64,000 nt of DNA, taken from the NCBI GenBank assembly GCA_038087875.1, contig CM075987.1:310001-374000 (forward strand), read 5' to 3'. Under the pieces are notes generated by a model, which worked only from the letters and a program-made list of their open reading frames with translations, was not told where the DNA came from and did no database searches. A program made the translations under genes and the position numbers. Source of the DNA: Malacoraja senta (Eukaryota). Below, in pieces: positions 47,521 through 60,249 of the stretch; position 1 is the first letter of the stretch; every line of letters begins with the position of its first letter.

Positions 47521-50500
47521 CTGTACAACGACGGATGAATAAACTGAAGAAAGGAACACTCCCATAATTATGGAGGTAGGTGGGTCTGGTTCCTACCAGC
47601 ATATAAAAAGTGGGGGAACTGTACTAACAGGGGGGAGATTACACCTGTTCATTGAAGCATGGAGGTCTGTCACGAATGATAGTTATATACTTAACAGTAT
47701 TCGTGGATACAAAATAGAGTTCATTCAAGAAAATATGCCACCAGTTCAGCATGTACCCCAAACGGTCTTTACCCTCTCAATCAAAGAAAAACTAGAGGGT
47801 CAAGCAGAACTGGTGAGCTTACTTACAAAGGGTATCATTGAGAAATCCAAACATGAACCTTTGGAATTTGTCTCAAATATATTTACCAAAAGCGAAAAAG
47901 ATGGTGGATGTCGCATCATCATTGACTTAACCTCGCTAAATACCTTTGTTAAGTATGTACATTTCAAAATGGAAACATTTGTAACCGCCAAACAACTGAT
48001 TTCCAAAGGATACTTTATGGAAGCATTAATTTAAAAGATGCCTACTATTCAGTACCCATTCATAAGGGTCATCGCAGATACCTGAAATTTACCTGGATGG
48101 GGCAACTATGGCAGTATAAAGCGTTGCCTAATGGGTTAACATCAGCTCCTAGACTATTTACCAAGATATTAAAACCAGCCTTGGCAACATTAAGAAAACA
48201 AAGACATATAGTCATGGCCTACCTTGATGGTATCCTAATAGTAGGCAAAACCATGGAGTTGGCTAAATCAGCTGTATTAGCTACCAAACAATTGTTCGAG
48301 ACCCTGGGATTTGTCATACATCCAGATAAATCTAAGTTGACACCATCCACAACTATGGACTATCTGGGATTCACAATTAACTCAGTCCACATGTCCGTAA
48401 CGTTGCCAAAAGGTAAAGCAGCAGAATTGGCACAGCCGTGCAACAATTTAACGGTTCGCAATCGACCAACCATCCGACAAGTGGCACGAGTAATTGGCAA
48501 AATGGTAGCAGCATTTCCAGCTACACAATTTGGACCCCGGCACTATCAGAACCTACAAAGGGCAAAAGTACAGGCGTTGAAACGACATGCAGGTCACTTT
48601 GACCGAACCATGAAATTACCCATTGAAGCAATATCAGTTACAATGGTGAATAGAACACATTTGGCATAGTTCCAGCCCTATCATCATCAATAACCCAACA
48701 TTAATTATACAAACAGATGCCAGTGCTCACGGCTGGGGAGCAACTAATACCGTATCCAGCACAGGTGGTAGATGGACTAACCTAGAATCATCTTTACTAC
48801 AAACACTGGGCATAAATTATTTGGAAATGTTGGGTGCGTTTTATGGTTTAAAAGCATATTCTACGGATATGCACCATTTGCATGTTCGTTTACAAATTGA
48901 TAATACCACGGTGGTGGCCTATATTAACCATATGGGCGGAATAAAATCGATATCATGTGACAATTTGGTCAACAAAATCTGGCAATGGTGTGTTGATAGA
49001 CATATTTGGCTATCAGCAACTTACCTACCAGGTAAGCTAAATACAGTGGCAGACACCAGGTCACGCAAATTCAATGATAACACCGAATTGATGTTAAATC
49101 CTAGAGCTTTTGCTAAAATTACAAAGCAATATGGCACACCAGATATTGATCTCTTTGCATCCAGACTAAATCACCAGGTACCAATGTATGTCGCTTGGGA
49201 ACCAGACCCTGAGGCAGCAGCGATGGATGCATTCGCGCTGAACTGGGGAAACTATTTATTTAATGCTTTTCCCCCCTTCTGCCTCATCAGTAGGGTACTA
49301 CGCAAAATACAGATGGATTCTGCTTCAGGTATTTATATAGTACCAACTGGCCTACACAGCCATGGTTCCCAGTGGTCCTCGACATGGTCATTGAAACTCC
49401 TATGACCTTCCCCAGTAGCCCAGACCTATTGACTCACCCGGTATCAGGCATAAGTCATCCATGCCATCACAAAATTAACCTACTGGGTTGCAGGTTATGA
49501 AAAGACCACTGCTGGGCCTGGGGTTGTCTGACAGGACCATCCACACGATGACAGCGTCCCACCGTATGTCCACCAGGAAACAATACCTATCGAGCATCAG
49601 GAAGTGGGAAAGATACTGCTCGACTACTGGGACAACGTACTCATCTGCAACCATAACCAATGTACTGGAGTTCCTGGCTGGCCTTCACCATAATGCGGAT
49701 TGAGCTACAGCGCCATCAATACTGCCAGAAGTGCTCTGTCAGCCTATTTAAAACAAGTACCAGGACAACAGGCTATAGGGTCTCACCCGCTGGTGATTAA
49801 ACTCATGAGGGGTATATTCAACTCTAACCCCCTAGACCTAGATACACCAGAATCTGGGATGTCAGTGTGGTCCTGACATACCTAAGGGGATAGTCACCAG
49901 CCAGGTCTCTCACTCTGGAACAGCCAACCCTGAAAACGGTCATGCTGATGGCACTAGTCTCAGCACAAAGAGTCCAGTCCCTCTACTTACTGCGACTGGA
50001 CAACATGGTTATAACACCAGACCGGGTATCATTCACCATTCAGGAGCTGGTAAAGCAGAGCAGGCCAGGAACTTCAGGCCTAGTTATGGATTTCCGGGCA
50101 TACCCACCTGACCCGCGGTTGTGTGTCATGACTCACCTACTGACTTACATCAACACAACAAGAGATTCCCGAGGGAGAGAAAAGGCCTTATGGGTCAGCC
50201 ACAAGCAACCACATGGTCGGGTGTCGAGCCAAACCATCTCAAGATGGCTCAAGCAGGTACTGGGAGCTGCGGGAGTAGATGCTGGTGTATATACATCTCA
50301 CTCCACCAGGGCAGCATCCACATCGGCGGCTAAAAGGATGGACGTACCACTGGACCACATCCTGGCTACAGTGGGGTGGTCCATGGAGAAAACGTTCCAA
50401 ACGTTCTACAACAAGCCGCTACCAGAACCTGTGTTATTTGCAGAAAGAGTTTTAGAATTTGCAAATATATACTTTAAGCCCGGGGGAGCATTTTGTCTTT

Positions 50501-50970
50501 TGTTATTGTTTAATAGATACCATTATTGTTTACAAACAGATTATGGTTGATTACGATAACATACTTCCTCCCTTGAATGACTTCGGCAGCGTGTGAAGTA
50601 TAAACTGTTACACGGTTTGCAATCACAGAGCTTTAAAATCTTCACGTAGTCACTCACGTGACTCCGAAGTAAAATAGTAAGATTAAACGAGAACTTACCA
50701 GTTTGAAGTTTGATCTGTATTTTATGAGGAGTTACGATGAGGGATTACGTGCCCTCCGCTCCCACCCTCAAATATAGAGATCAACATAGTTCTCCTTTTC
50801 TTTACTATGTTTATTTCAATTGTTGTGTTTCCTGTGATTCCACACCGCTGCTTTGAAGAATGTCGCGCATGCGTGCTGGACGGGCTCTTCACGTAATCCC
50901 TCATCGTAACTCCTCATAAAATACAGATCAAACTTCAAACTGGTAAGTTCTCGTTTAATCTTACTATTTT
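47521..50970 (+). mobile_element. DIRS1-like tyrosine-recombinase retrotransposon (RT, RNase H, methyltransferase-like domain, YR; disrupted; gag not seen)
   Basis: RT (IIDLTSLN, LPNGLTSAPRLF, AYLDGIL); RNase H (TDAS, DNTTVVAY); DLFAS..DAF..W..AFPPF; YR (HSTRAASTS..GWS..TFQTFY). Perfect 81-bp inverted pair at 50671-50751 and 50890-50970. Confidence 0.92.
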
Positions 50971-53396
50971 ATGTTCGGCCACCAACTGGGTCGATGTTGG
51001 GCTCCTTCGGTGGCCCCGATGAACTCGCGGATTTCCTCCACTGCAATGAGTGGAGTGGTGTCAGGGGGAGCGAGAACATCCATTGACTCATTGCCCGAGG
51101 AGTCCCCTCCCACCCGCTCACTGCAGATACAGTCACCATCCCCATCCCCATCCCCGGAGACACCCTTAGTGCTCAAAACACCCGCCTCACCCTGTGCGGT
51201 GGTTGCCTCTTTCCCACCCGCTGGTCTCTCCTCCACCTCAGTCCCAACCCTGAGGCCAGTGGCAGAGGTGCCTTCCCCAGATGTAACCAGGGAGTCAAGA
51301 CCTTCGACAGTGGGGGCATCTATCCCTCCACTATTTGGGCCCAGAGAGGACTCTGGTGCACCAGACTCAGGGAGTCCTTCTGGAGCCAGGTCCTGAGGGG
51401 GAGAAGGGCTGGTTTCCCCTACCCCCTCCCCGCCTACAGTCACAAACTCCAGTGGCGTCCTCTGCGCCTCGTCCAGGGTGGGTTGCTCCTGGGCTTCCTC
51501 AGATCCATGATGCAGGACTCCCTCCCCAACAGGAAACTCCCCCAGCATAACACCCGAGTGGTCCTTATCGCCACCCTCCCCAGAATCCCCTCCAGAACAT
51601 GGGACCAGGGCTCGAACCAGAGGGCGGGAGTCTTCCTCCACCACAGTACTCTGCTCCCCACTGGAGGATTCCCATTTGTCCCTCTTCTGCTCCTCCCTAG
51701 GGAGATTCCTCCTCCTTTTCTTCACAGAGGAGGAGCTCACAGACTCTGGGGTCACCCGAGCAACCTTCCTCTGTGGTACCCCCTCCACCCGCCCGATCCC
51801 CACCGCCCCCGGCTGGATTAAGGGGCTTGCGGACTCCCTAATGGGAGGTGACGGGATGGGTGGATCATCCTTGTCCCTGGGGGTTTTATTCCCCAGGTGC
51901 TTCACCTTCGTTGCCACCTTGCCCCCCTTCTCCACCCCCACCCACGCTCTGCGCAACCCCAGGGTTCGCTGACTCAACTACATGGGGGGTGGGAGCAGGG
52001 GGGGGAGGGGGGTTAGTGGCACCGGAGGCGGAGGCCCCCGCCCGAGATTTGGGGCAAGTCCTCCGAATATGCCCCACTTCCTTGCAGGCATGGCAACTAG
52101 GGCGCTCCGATGTCCAGAAGATGGTAAAATCACGCCCATCCTGCTGGACACAGAAGCGCTCGTCAACTTCCCTTTCCCGGTGCAGCAACATCGTCAGCTG
52201 GCGCCGGAGGGAAAGAATGAGCCGCAGCTCCTTCCTGCAGAATCCCAGGGATATCGGAGTGATGTCCGACAGTACCTTCCCCAGGGTGTGAAGGTTGGGA
52301 AGGTAATGCCGGACATCGTTTGTAATGCAGGGAGGGACGTTGGACAGGACCACCCACTGCGCGATGGATCCTATGCACTCGACCTGCAAAAATACTCCCC
52401 CCCCCCACTGTGACCCCTTTACTCACGGCCACGTTCAATGGGCTCAAGGAAGAACACGGACTTCCCAAAGATTTTGCCCACATACGGGACGCCTGCGGGC
52501 TTGGCAACCATGGCCACTGCAGCCGAGCAGTCCTCCAGGTTATTCTGGGGGGGCAAATAGCATTTTGCTCCATGCTCAAAAGGCAGGTTCTTCATGGGGA
52601 ACCGGGCCCCAAGAGGAGTCGCTGAAGCTGACCCGGCATGGTCTCAGGCACTACAATTAAATAGACTCAGACTCAAAATTTTGACAGTCAAAAATGGCAC
52701 GAAACCAGTGTCCAAACAGAAATATGGAACTGTTCAAGGGAGGCAGCGAGTGATGTTGCCTCGGACAGTGAAATGGCGGCTCCCAAACAAAACTGCTGCG
52801 TCACCACCTCTTCGCCTAGCTATCTCGGCTCTACTGTGATCCCCGGCGAGCTTCTGACCTTCACAGACAATCCCAGCTGTTCCTCTCTGCATCTCCAGGG
52901 ACTTGCCTGCAGTCTTTGATGTTTCTCTCCCTCCGAGCGAAAGGGGGCTCTGTCAGCTTCAAGCTCTAAGGCCGCAGAAAGATGTCGAGGGTGCACGTGT
53001 GGAAATCCATCCACACCACAAAAAAGCCACGGCACCGATGAGGCAGTAAGAGGGGGTTGTTCTGGACTCAGGTGTAAAAGTCCAGAAAGAACTACTCCCC
53101 TTTGCTGGCAGGTTGCCAGCCACCTTGTGGGAGCTGGGCAGTACGCTGATAAACTGCACGCAGTCCAACAAACAAGCAGGAATTTTTAAATAAGTTTCTG
53201 CACCGTCGCAGCGTTACACAAGGGCAGATTTTTCGCGGGGAACGGGGCTCCAAGAGCAGTAGCCGAAGCAGCTGAAGCAATAGCTCCTGGAAGGCCCTGG
53301 CTGTGCCTCCTCCGAATTTCAAAATGATGTTTTAACTCTCTTGTTTTTGTGTTTGAACAGGAGCTCTGCAACGCCACACCTCCTCGCTTAACCAGC
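50971..53396 (-). mobile_element. Tx1-clade LINE 5' part (5' UTR and ORF1 with CCHC knuckle), cut off at the DIRS end
   Basis: ORF1 from about 52639 with frameshifts: EHGAKCY, ASRM, VVLSNVPP, CHACKEVGHIRRTC, then a low-complexity tail. Confidence 0.85.
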
Positions 53397-54579
53397 TTTT
53401 TTTTTAAAGTGCAGCCAGAAGGCAAGGAGCAGCCCCTTTAGGCATTCAAACAGTGGCTGCAGCCTCACGCACTCCATATACACGTGGTACACAGACTCTT
53501 CCCGCTCGCGTAACCAGCTTTTAATTCTTTTTTTTAATCAAAAAATTATTCAATTATTAAAAAATAATATTTACACTACAATAAAACAAGCCAGAGCCCA
53601 CCACCATAATACAATACAAACATATATCCATAATAAACTACTATACAACTATGTTACAATCCTTATTGAGGATACATTCAACACCCTGCGGAGCCCAGCG
53701 GTCCCGGAACTCCCCCAGGGTGCCCGTGTACAGGGCGTATTCCCTTTCTAACCCCACCCGGGCACGGACGTAACCCCGGAAAAGGGGCAGGCAGCCGGCT
53801 TGGGTAGAGCCCTCCACCGCCGGGTGCCTTGACTCGCGGATGGCCAGCTTGGCCAGGCCCAGGAGCAACCAAACCAGGACATCTTCAGCCCTACCCTCTC
53901 CCCTACACACAGGGTGTCCAAAGATGAGGATGGTGGGTGAAAAATGCAGCCAGAAGGCAAGGAGCAGCCCCTTTAGGTATTCAAACAGTGGCTGCAGCCT
54001 CACGCACTCCATATACATGTGGTACACAGACTCTTTCAGCTCGCGTAACCAGCTTTTTTTTCTTTTTTTTTTAAATCAAAAATATTTATTCAAATATTAA
54101 AATATATACAGCACAGTAAAAACCAAAACAGAACCCACCACCATAATACACGACAAACAATAAACTATTATATAACTATATTACACTCCTTGTCGAGGAT
54201 GTATTCAACCCCCCGCGGAGCCCAGTGGTCCCGGAAATCCCCCAGGGTGCCCGTGGACAGGGCGTATTCCCTTTCTAACCGCACCCGGGCACGGACGTAT
54301 CCCCGGAAAAGGGGCAGGCAGCAGCTCGGGTAGAGCCCTCCACCGCCTGGCGCCTTGACTCGTGGATGGCAAGCTTGGCCAGGCCCAGGAGCAACCCAAC
54401 CAGGACATCTTTAGCCCTACCCTCTCCCCTACGCACAGGGTGTCCAAAGATGAGGATGGTGGGTGGAAAATGCAGCCAGAAGGCAAGGAGCAGCCCCTTT
54501 AGGTATTCAAACAGTGGCTGCAGCCTCACGCACTCCATATACATGTGGTACACAGACTCTTCCAGCTCACGTACCCAGC
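53397..54579 (-). mobile_element. Three tandem Tx1 ORF2 3'-end fragments (units of about 122, 535 and 526 bp), each ending in an A-rich tail
   Basis: EESVYHMYMECVRLQPLF..FRDRWAP C-terminal ORF2 motif repeated. T-rich runs on the plus strand start at 53397, 53519 and 54054. Confidence 0.88.
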
Positions 54580-54589
54580 TTGGAGGGGA

Positions 54590-55050
54590 TGATGGTGGTG
54601 AACGGCGAGCTGCAGTCTATAAACAACAGCCTTACGTAAGTATTTTTATTGCTCAAGTGGTCCAGTGCGGAGTGGAGTGCCAGTGAGATTGCATCCTCCG
54701 TTGACCTGTTGTGACAGTAGGCGAACTGTAGTGGATCGAGGTTCTTATTGAGGTAGGAGTTGATATGCCCCATAACCAACCTCATCACCATGCACGTTAG
54801 TGCCACTGGCCGATAGTCATTGAGGCACGTCACCTTACTCTCCTTGGGCACCGGTATTATTGATGCCCTCTTAAAGCAGGTGGGAACTCAGACCTCAGCA
54901 GTGACAGGTTGAAAATGTCCGTAAATACTCTAGCCAGTTGGTCTGGGCAGGTTTTGAGAACTCGACCGGGTATACCATCAGGTCCAGGTGCTTTCCGAGG
55001 GTTCACCGCCTTGAAGGATCTTCTGATGTTGGCCTCCGTGACTGTGGGTT
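54590..55050 (-). mobile_element. Rex1/Babar-like RT fragment
   Basis: [34 protein letters not shown]. Confidence 0.8.
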
Positions 55051-55289
55051 AATTGGCTTCGGTAAAAATTGTAGATTGTTCCCAGTGTGTAGGATAGTGC
55101 TGTTGTATGAGGATTGCTAGTGGTCGTGGACTAGGTGGGCCAAAGGGCCAGTTTCCAAGCTGTATCTCTAAACTAAACTAAACTAAAATGTGATGTATTA
55201 CATTTTTGGGAAGTCTAATGAGGGCAGGATCTACACAGTGAATGGCAGGGGTCTGAAGTGTGTTATAGAGCGGAGGGAACTAGGATTGC

Positions 55290-55910
55290 AGGTAGAAACA
55301 AAATGCTGGAGTAACTCAGCGGGTGAGGCAGCATCTTTGGAGAGAAGGAATGGACAACGTTTCGGGTCGAGACCCTTCTTCAGACTGCCTTCTTCTGATC
55401 CTTCTTCTTAAACATACGATTGCAGGTATATACTTCCTTGAAAGTGGCATCACAAGTAGATAGGGAGGTCAAAAAGGCTTTCAACACATTGGCCTTAATC
55501 AGAGTATTGAATATAGAAAGTCATGTTACAGTTGTATGAAACGTTCGTGAGGCCACATGAACAGTATTGTGTGCAATTTTGGTTATAGGAAAGATGTTGC
55601 CAAGCTGGAAAGGATGCAGAGAAGATTTACAAGGATGTTGCCAGGACTCACTGGCCTGAACTACAGGGAGAGTTTGAGCAGACTTGGACTTTATTCCTTG
55701 GAGCGCAGGAGGTTGAGGATTGATCTTATCGAGGTGTACAAAATTATGGGAGGAATAGATCGGGTAAATGCTCGGTTGTTTAAGAAGGAACAGCAGATGC
55801 TGGAAAATCGAAGGTAGACACAAATGCTGGAGAAACTCAGCGGGTGAGGCAGCATCTATGGAGCGAAGGAAATAAATGATGTTTCGGGTCGAGACCCTTC
55901 TTCAGGGTAA
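55290..55910 (-). mobile_element. Two Penelope terminal-repeat fragments (about 55292-55390 and 55785-55908) within a degraded plus-strand CR1
   Basis: Reverse complement of ctgaagaagggtctcgacccgaaac at 55353-55386 and 55876-55908. Confidence 0.75.
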
Positions 55911-56349
55911 ATGCACGGAATATTTTGCCCAAAGTAGAGGAATCGAGAACCAGATGATATAGGTTTAAGGAGAGAGGTTTAATAGGAACCTGAGGGGTAA
56001 CTTTTTTACACAAAGCCTATAAACTACCTCATTACCTGGGTGGTAGCACAAGCCAATGAATATGTTTTCATCCATCAGCAATGAACAGTGCTGTGTGATC
56101 CCAATAAAAGCAATATCCAAGGCTGAAATCAGTTATTTGTTCAACGTGGATGATAAATTCCGTGGTGTGCAATAGTACAGCACAGGGACAGACCCTTCAG
56201 CCCGCCATGAATGCGCTGACCATGATACCAATTTAAACAAATCCCATCAGCATGCACATTGTCTATATCCCTCCGTTCCCGACCTAACCATGTGCCTGTC
56301 CAAATATCTCTTATACATTGCCACACATCTGGTTTCATCACCTTCCCAT

Positions 56350-58040
56350 AGAAACCTACAAAATAGGTGCAGGAGGAGGCCATTCGGCCCTTTGAGCCAG
56401 CACCGCCATTCATTGTGATCATGGCTGTTCGTCCCCAATCAATTACCCGTGCCTGCCTTCTTCCCATAACCCTTGACTCTACTAGCCCCTAGAGCTCTAT
56501 CTAACTGTCTTAAATCCATCCAGTGATTTGGCCTCCACTGCCCTCTGTGGCAGGGAATTCCATAAATTCACAACTCTCTGGGTGAATAAGTTTTTTCTCA
56601 CCTCAGTCTTAAATGACCTACCCTTTATTCTAAGACTGTGGTCCCTGGTTCTGGACTCGCCCAACATTGGGAACATTTTTCCTGCATCTAGCTTGACTAG
56701 TCCTCTTATAATTTTATATGTCTCTATAAGATCCCCCTCATCCTTCTAAACTCCAGTGAATACAAGCCTAGTCTTTTCAATCTTTCCTCATATGACAGTC
56801 CCGCCATCACAGGGATCAATCTCGTGAACCTACGCTGCACTGCCTCAATCACAAGGATGTCCTTCCTCTAATTAGGAGACCAAAACTGTACACAATACTC
56901 CAGATGTGGTCTCACCAGAGCCCTATACAACTGCAGAAGAACCTCTTTACTCCTATACTGAAATCCTCTTGTTATGAAGGCCGACATTCCATTAGCTTTC
57001 TTCACTGCCTGCTGTACCTGTAAGCCAACTTTCAGTGACTGGTGTACAAGGACGCCCAAGTCTCGCTGCACCTCCCCCTTACCTAACCTAACCTAACCCA
57101 ATTGAGATAATAATCTGCCCCCTTGTCTTTGCCGCCAAAGTGGATAACCTCGCATTTATCTATATTATACTGCATCTGCCACGCATCTGCCCACACATCT
57201 ACCTGTCCAGGCCACCCTGCAACCTCCCAACATCCTCTTCACAGTTCACACTGCCACCCAGCTTTGTGTCATCCGCAAACTTGCTAGTGTTGCTCCAAAT
57301 TTCGTTTGAACTTCATTTGAGGTTCAAATGACAATAAATGGTATTGTATTGTAAAATTCCCTCTTCCAAATCATTAATATATAAGGTAAACAGTTGCGGC
57401 CCCAACACCGAGCCTTGCGGCACTCCACTCGACACTGCCTGCCATTCTGAAAAGGACCCGTTCATTCCTACTCTTTGCTTCCGGTCTGCCAACCAATTTT
57501 CTATCCATGTCAACACCCTACCCCCAATACCATGTGCTCTAATTTTAGTCACCAATCTCCCATGCAGGACCTTATCAAAGTCTTTCTGAAAGTCTCGATA
57601 CACTACATCCACTGGCACCCCTTCATCCATTTTACTTGTCACATCCTCAAAAAATTCCAGAAGATTAGTCAAGCATGATTTCCCTTTCATAAATCCATGT
57701 TGACTTGGACTAATCCTTTTACTGCTATCCAAATGCCCCATTATTACCTCTTTAATAATTGACTCCAGCATCTTTCCCACCACTGAAGACAGGCTAACTG
57801 GCCTCTAATTCGCCGTTTACTTTCTCGCTCCTTTCTTGAAAAGTGGGATAACATTAGCTATCCTCCAATCCACAGGAACTGATCCTGAATCTATTGAACA
57901 TTGGAAAATAATCACCAATGCATCCACTATTTCTAGAGCCACCTCCCTGAGGACCCGGGGATGCCGACCATCAGGCCCAGGGGGTTTATCATCCTTCAAT
58001 CCCATTAGCCTACCCAATACTATTTCTCGCCTAATGATAC
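56350..58040 (-). mobile_element. CR1 RT 3' half (same subfamily as 26003-27293)
   Basis: ORF 57313-57783 [26 protein letters not shown], with CR1 3' end near 56350. Confidence 0.9.
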
Positions 58041-59779
58041 TATTTCTCGCCTTATGGCTTCCCAGGAAGCCGTGCCAGGCACCTACCAATCTAAGAACAC
58101 TTGTCTGTGAACTTTCCCTCTCTCATCTTAAACCTATGTCCTCTCATATTCGACATTACCACCATGGGTGGAAGATGTAAAAGGACTCAAAGTGACATTG
58201 TAAGTCAGAACGTTGGGCAACATTTCTGGAGGACATGGATATGTGACATTTTGAGTTGAGACTCTTCTTTTCCTCCTGAATACAGTCTGACCATCTATAG
58301 ATCGGAAAGTTTTAGAGGGATCTGGACCAAATTTGGGCAGGTGGGACTAATGTGGATGGAACAGCTTGGTTGGCATGGGCAAGTTGGGCCGAAGGGCCTG
58401 TTTCCATGCTGTATGACTCTGTGACTACATTCATCAGGATTAAATCTATCAATTAACTTTTTCTCATTATATCAAATTTTCATTATAAGGGTTATAATTG
58501 ATTTTTGCTTATTAAAGCAAAAAAGTTGATTATTAGTTATCAAAAGCATAGGTGAAACTGGCACTAGGCAGCTCTTTCTCTTTTGTTATTCATTCAAGGA
58601 ATGTGGGCTTTGTAGGCTGAGCATCTAATTAGCCATCCCAAATTGTCCTGGAGAAAGTGGTGGTGAACTGCTTCCTTGAACACTCCATGATTTTGTCCAA
58701 ATGATTGTCTAAATTAATGGATTCATTAGTTATCCCTTAATAATTCAAATAGACGGCCAGGATTGGTGCATCACAGTTATAAGGAGACTCTGGAATAGCT
58801 GTGTTTCCCTGGAGTAGAGGAGGCTCCGGGGTGACCTGATAAGAATATATATAAAATTATCCAGGGTAAATTCAAACATCCTATTTTTGAATTGCTATAG
58901 GGTGTTGCTATACTGAAGAAAATTGTGGCAGAGAACAGGTTGACAGAGATAAGTGCAGGTACTGTCATAACATTTAAGAGACATTTGGGCAGATGCATGG
59001 ATAGAATATGTTTAGAGAGTTATGGATTGGGCCTGCGCAGATGGGACTAATGCAGATTTAGTCAAGTTGGGCCAAATGGTCTGTTTCCACATTCTATGAC
59101 TGTGAGAGAAATGTGAACATAAAAATTATTCAATTTGGTTAATTCTATATGATTTTATTGACTCAGTCTTATTTCATGCCAAAGTTTATAGAGGCTGTGC
59201 AGAAGATGGTTTAAGAGCAGAAAAATGTCTGATTTGAAGCTGTTTTTCAAAAGTATGAAGGTGCCCAATGTGGAGTGGAAAGCAGGATTTGTCCAGACCT
59301 TGATCAAATTACAGTATTAACTCAAAAGAATCTGCAGCAAACACGTTAAGAGATTTGGAAACATTTGGGGGTAAATTAGATTTTTGATTGGGAAGTTGGA
59401 ACCAAATTCAAGTGTTTGTCATGTACCGTCCTATTTCCTACTGAATAAATGGGATTGAAACATGTACAGGTGGAAAATAATAACAGAACATGTATTACTA
59501 TAAAGAACAGTTGTATTTTAAAATTATTTATTTGTTTTATAAGACAAAAGAAATAACATTGTTGAGCCAGTTGTAAAAACAGAAATATTTCTCAGCTATG
59601 CTGATCAGTCTACTGTTCAGGTCTCTTAAGAGGCAATTTTCAGTCTCTCTTTCACTGCTACTTCCATATCTGAAGATGTCCTTTTGATGATATGACCAGG
59701 TTTCAGCTAAACTGCTTCCACATTTGGTACAGTCACGCTAACAGAAGACATAAATAAAATAAACTATGTTAACCATTAT

Positions 59780-59953
59780 AGACACAAAATGCTGGAGTAA
59801 CTCCTTCAGTCTTTAGTCTTCAGTCTGATGAAGGGTCACTACCTGAAACATCACCCATTCCTTCTCTCCAGGGATGCTGGCTGTCCTGCTGAGTTACTCC
59901 AGCTTTTTGTGTCTATCTTCGGTTTAAACCAGCATCTGCAGTTCCTTCCGACA
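59780..59953 (+). mobile_element. Penelope-derived short element with a perfect 15-bp target-site duplication
   Basis: TATGTTAACCATTAT at 59765-59779 and 59954-59968. Short inverted 5' arm, and an internal CTGATGA..GAAAC motif. Confidence 0.85.
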
Positions 59954-60249
59954 TATGTTAACCATTATGCAAAGTGAAGTGTTCTGAAATTAGGACAAAA
60001 TGCATCTTCTGTGCATTTGGCACATGGTTTGTAGTGTATATCTCGGGTTGAAAACCAAATAAAATCACGGATTTTGGATCTTTTACTGTAAATGCCATCG
60101 AACAGATGAAAAAAATAGCATAAAAGTTGAAGAAAATTTGACAATGAAATTTATCAAAGCCAATTTACTAATATTTGGATCTTTGGATTCACTATAGTTT
60201 GTTTTTATTTTTTCGTGTATTGTAAATTATACATTTGTATACAATAGAC

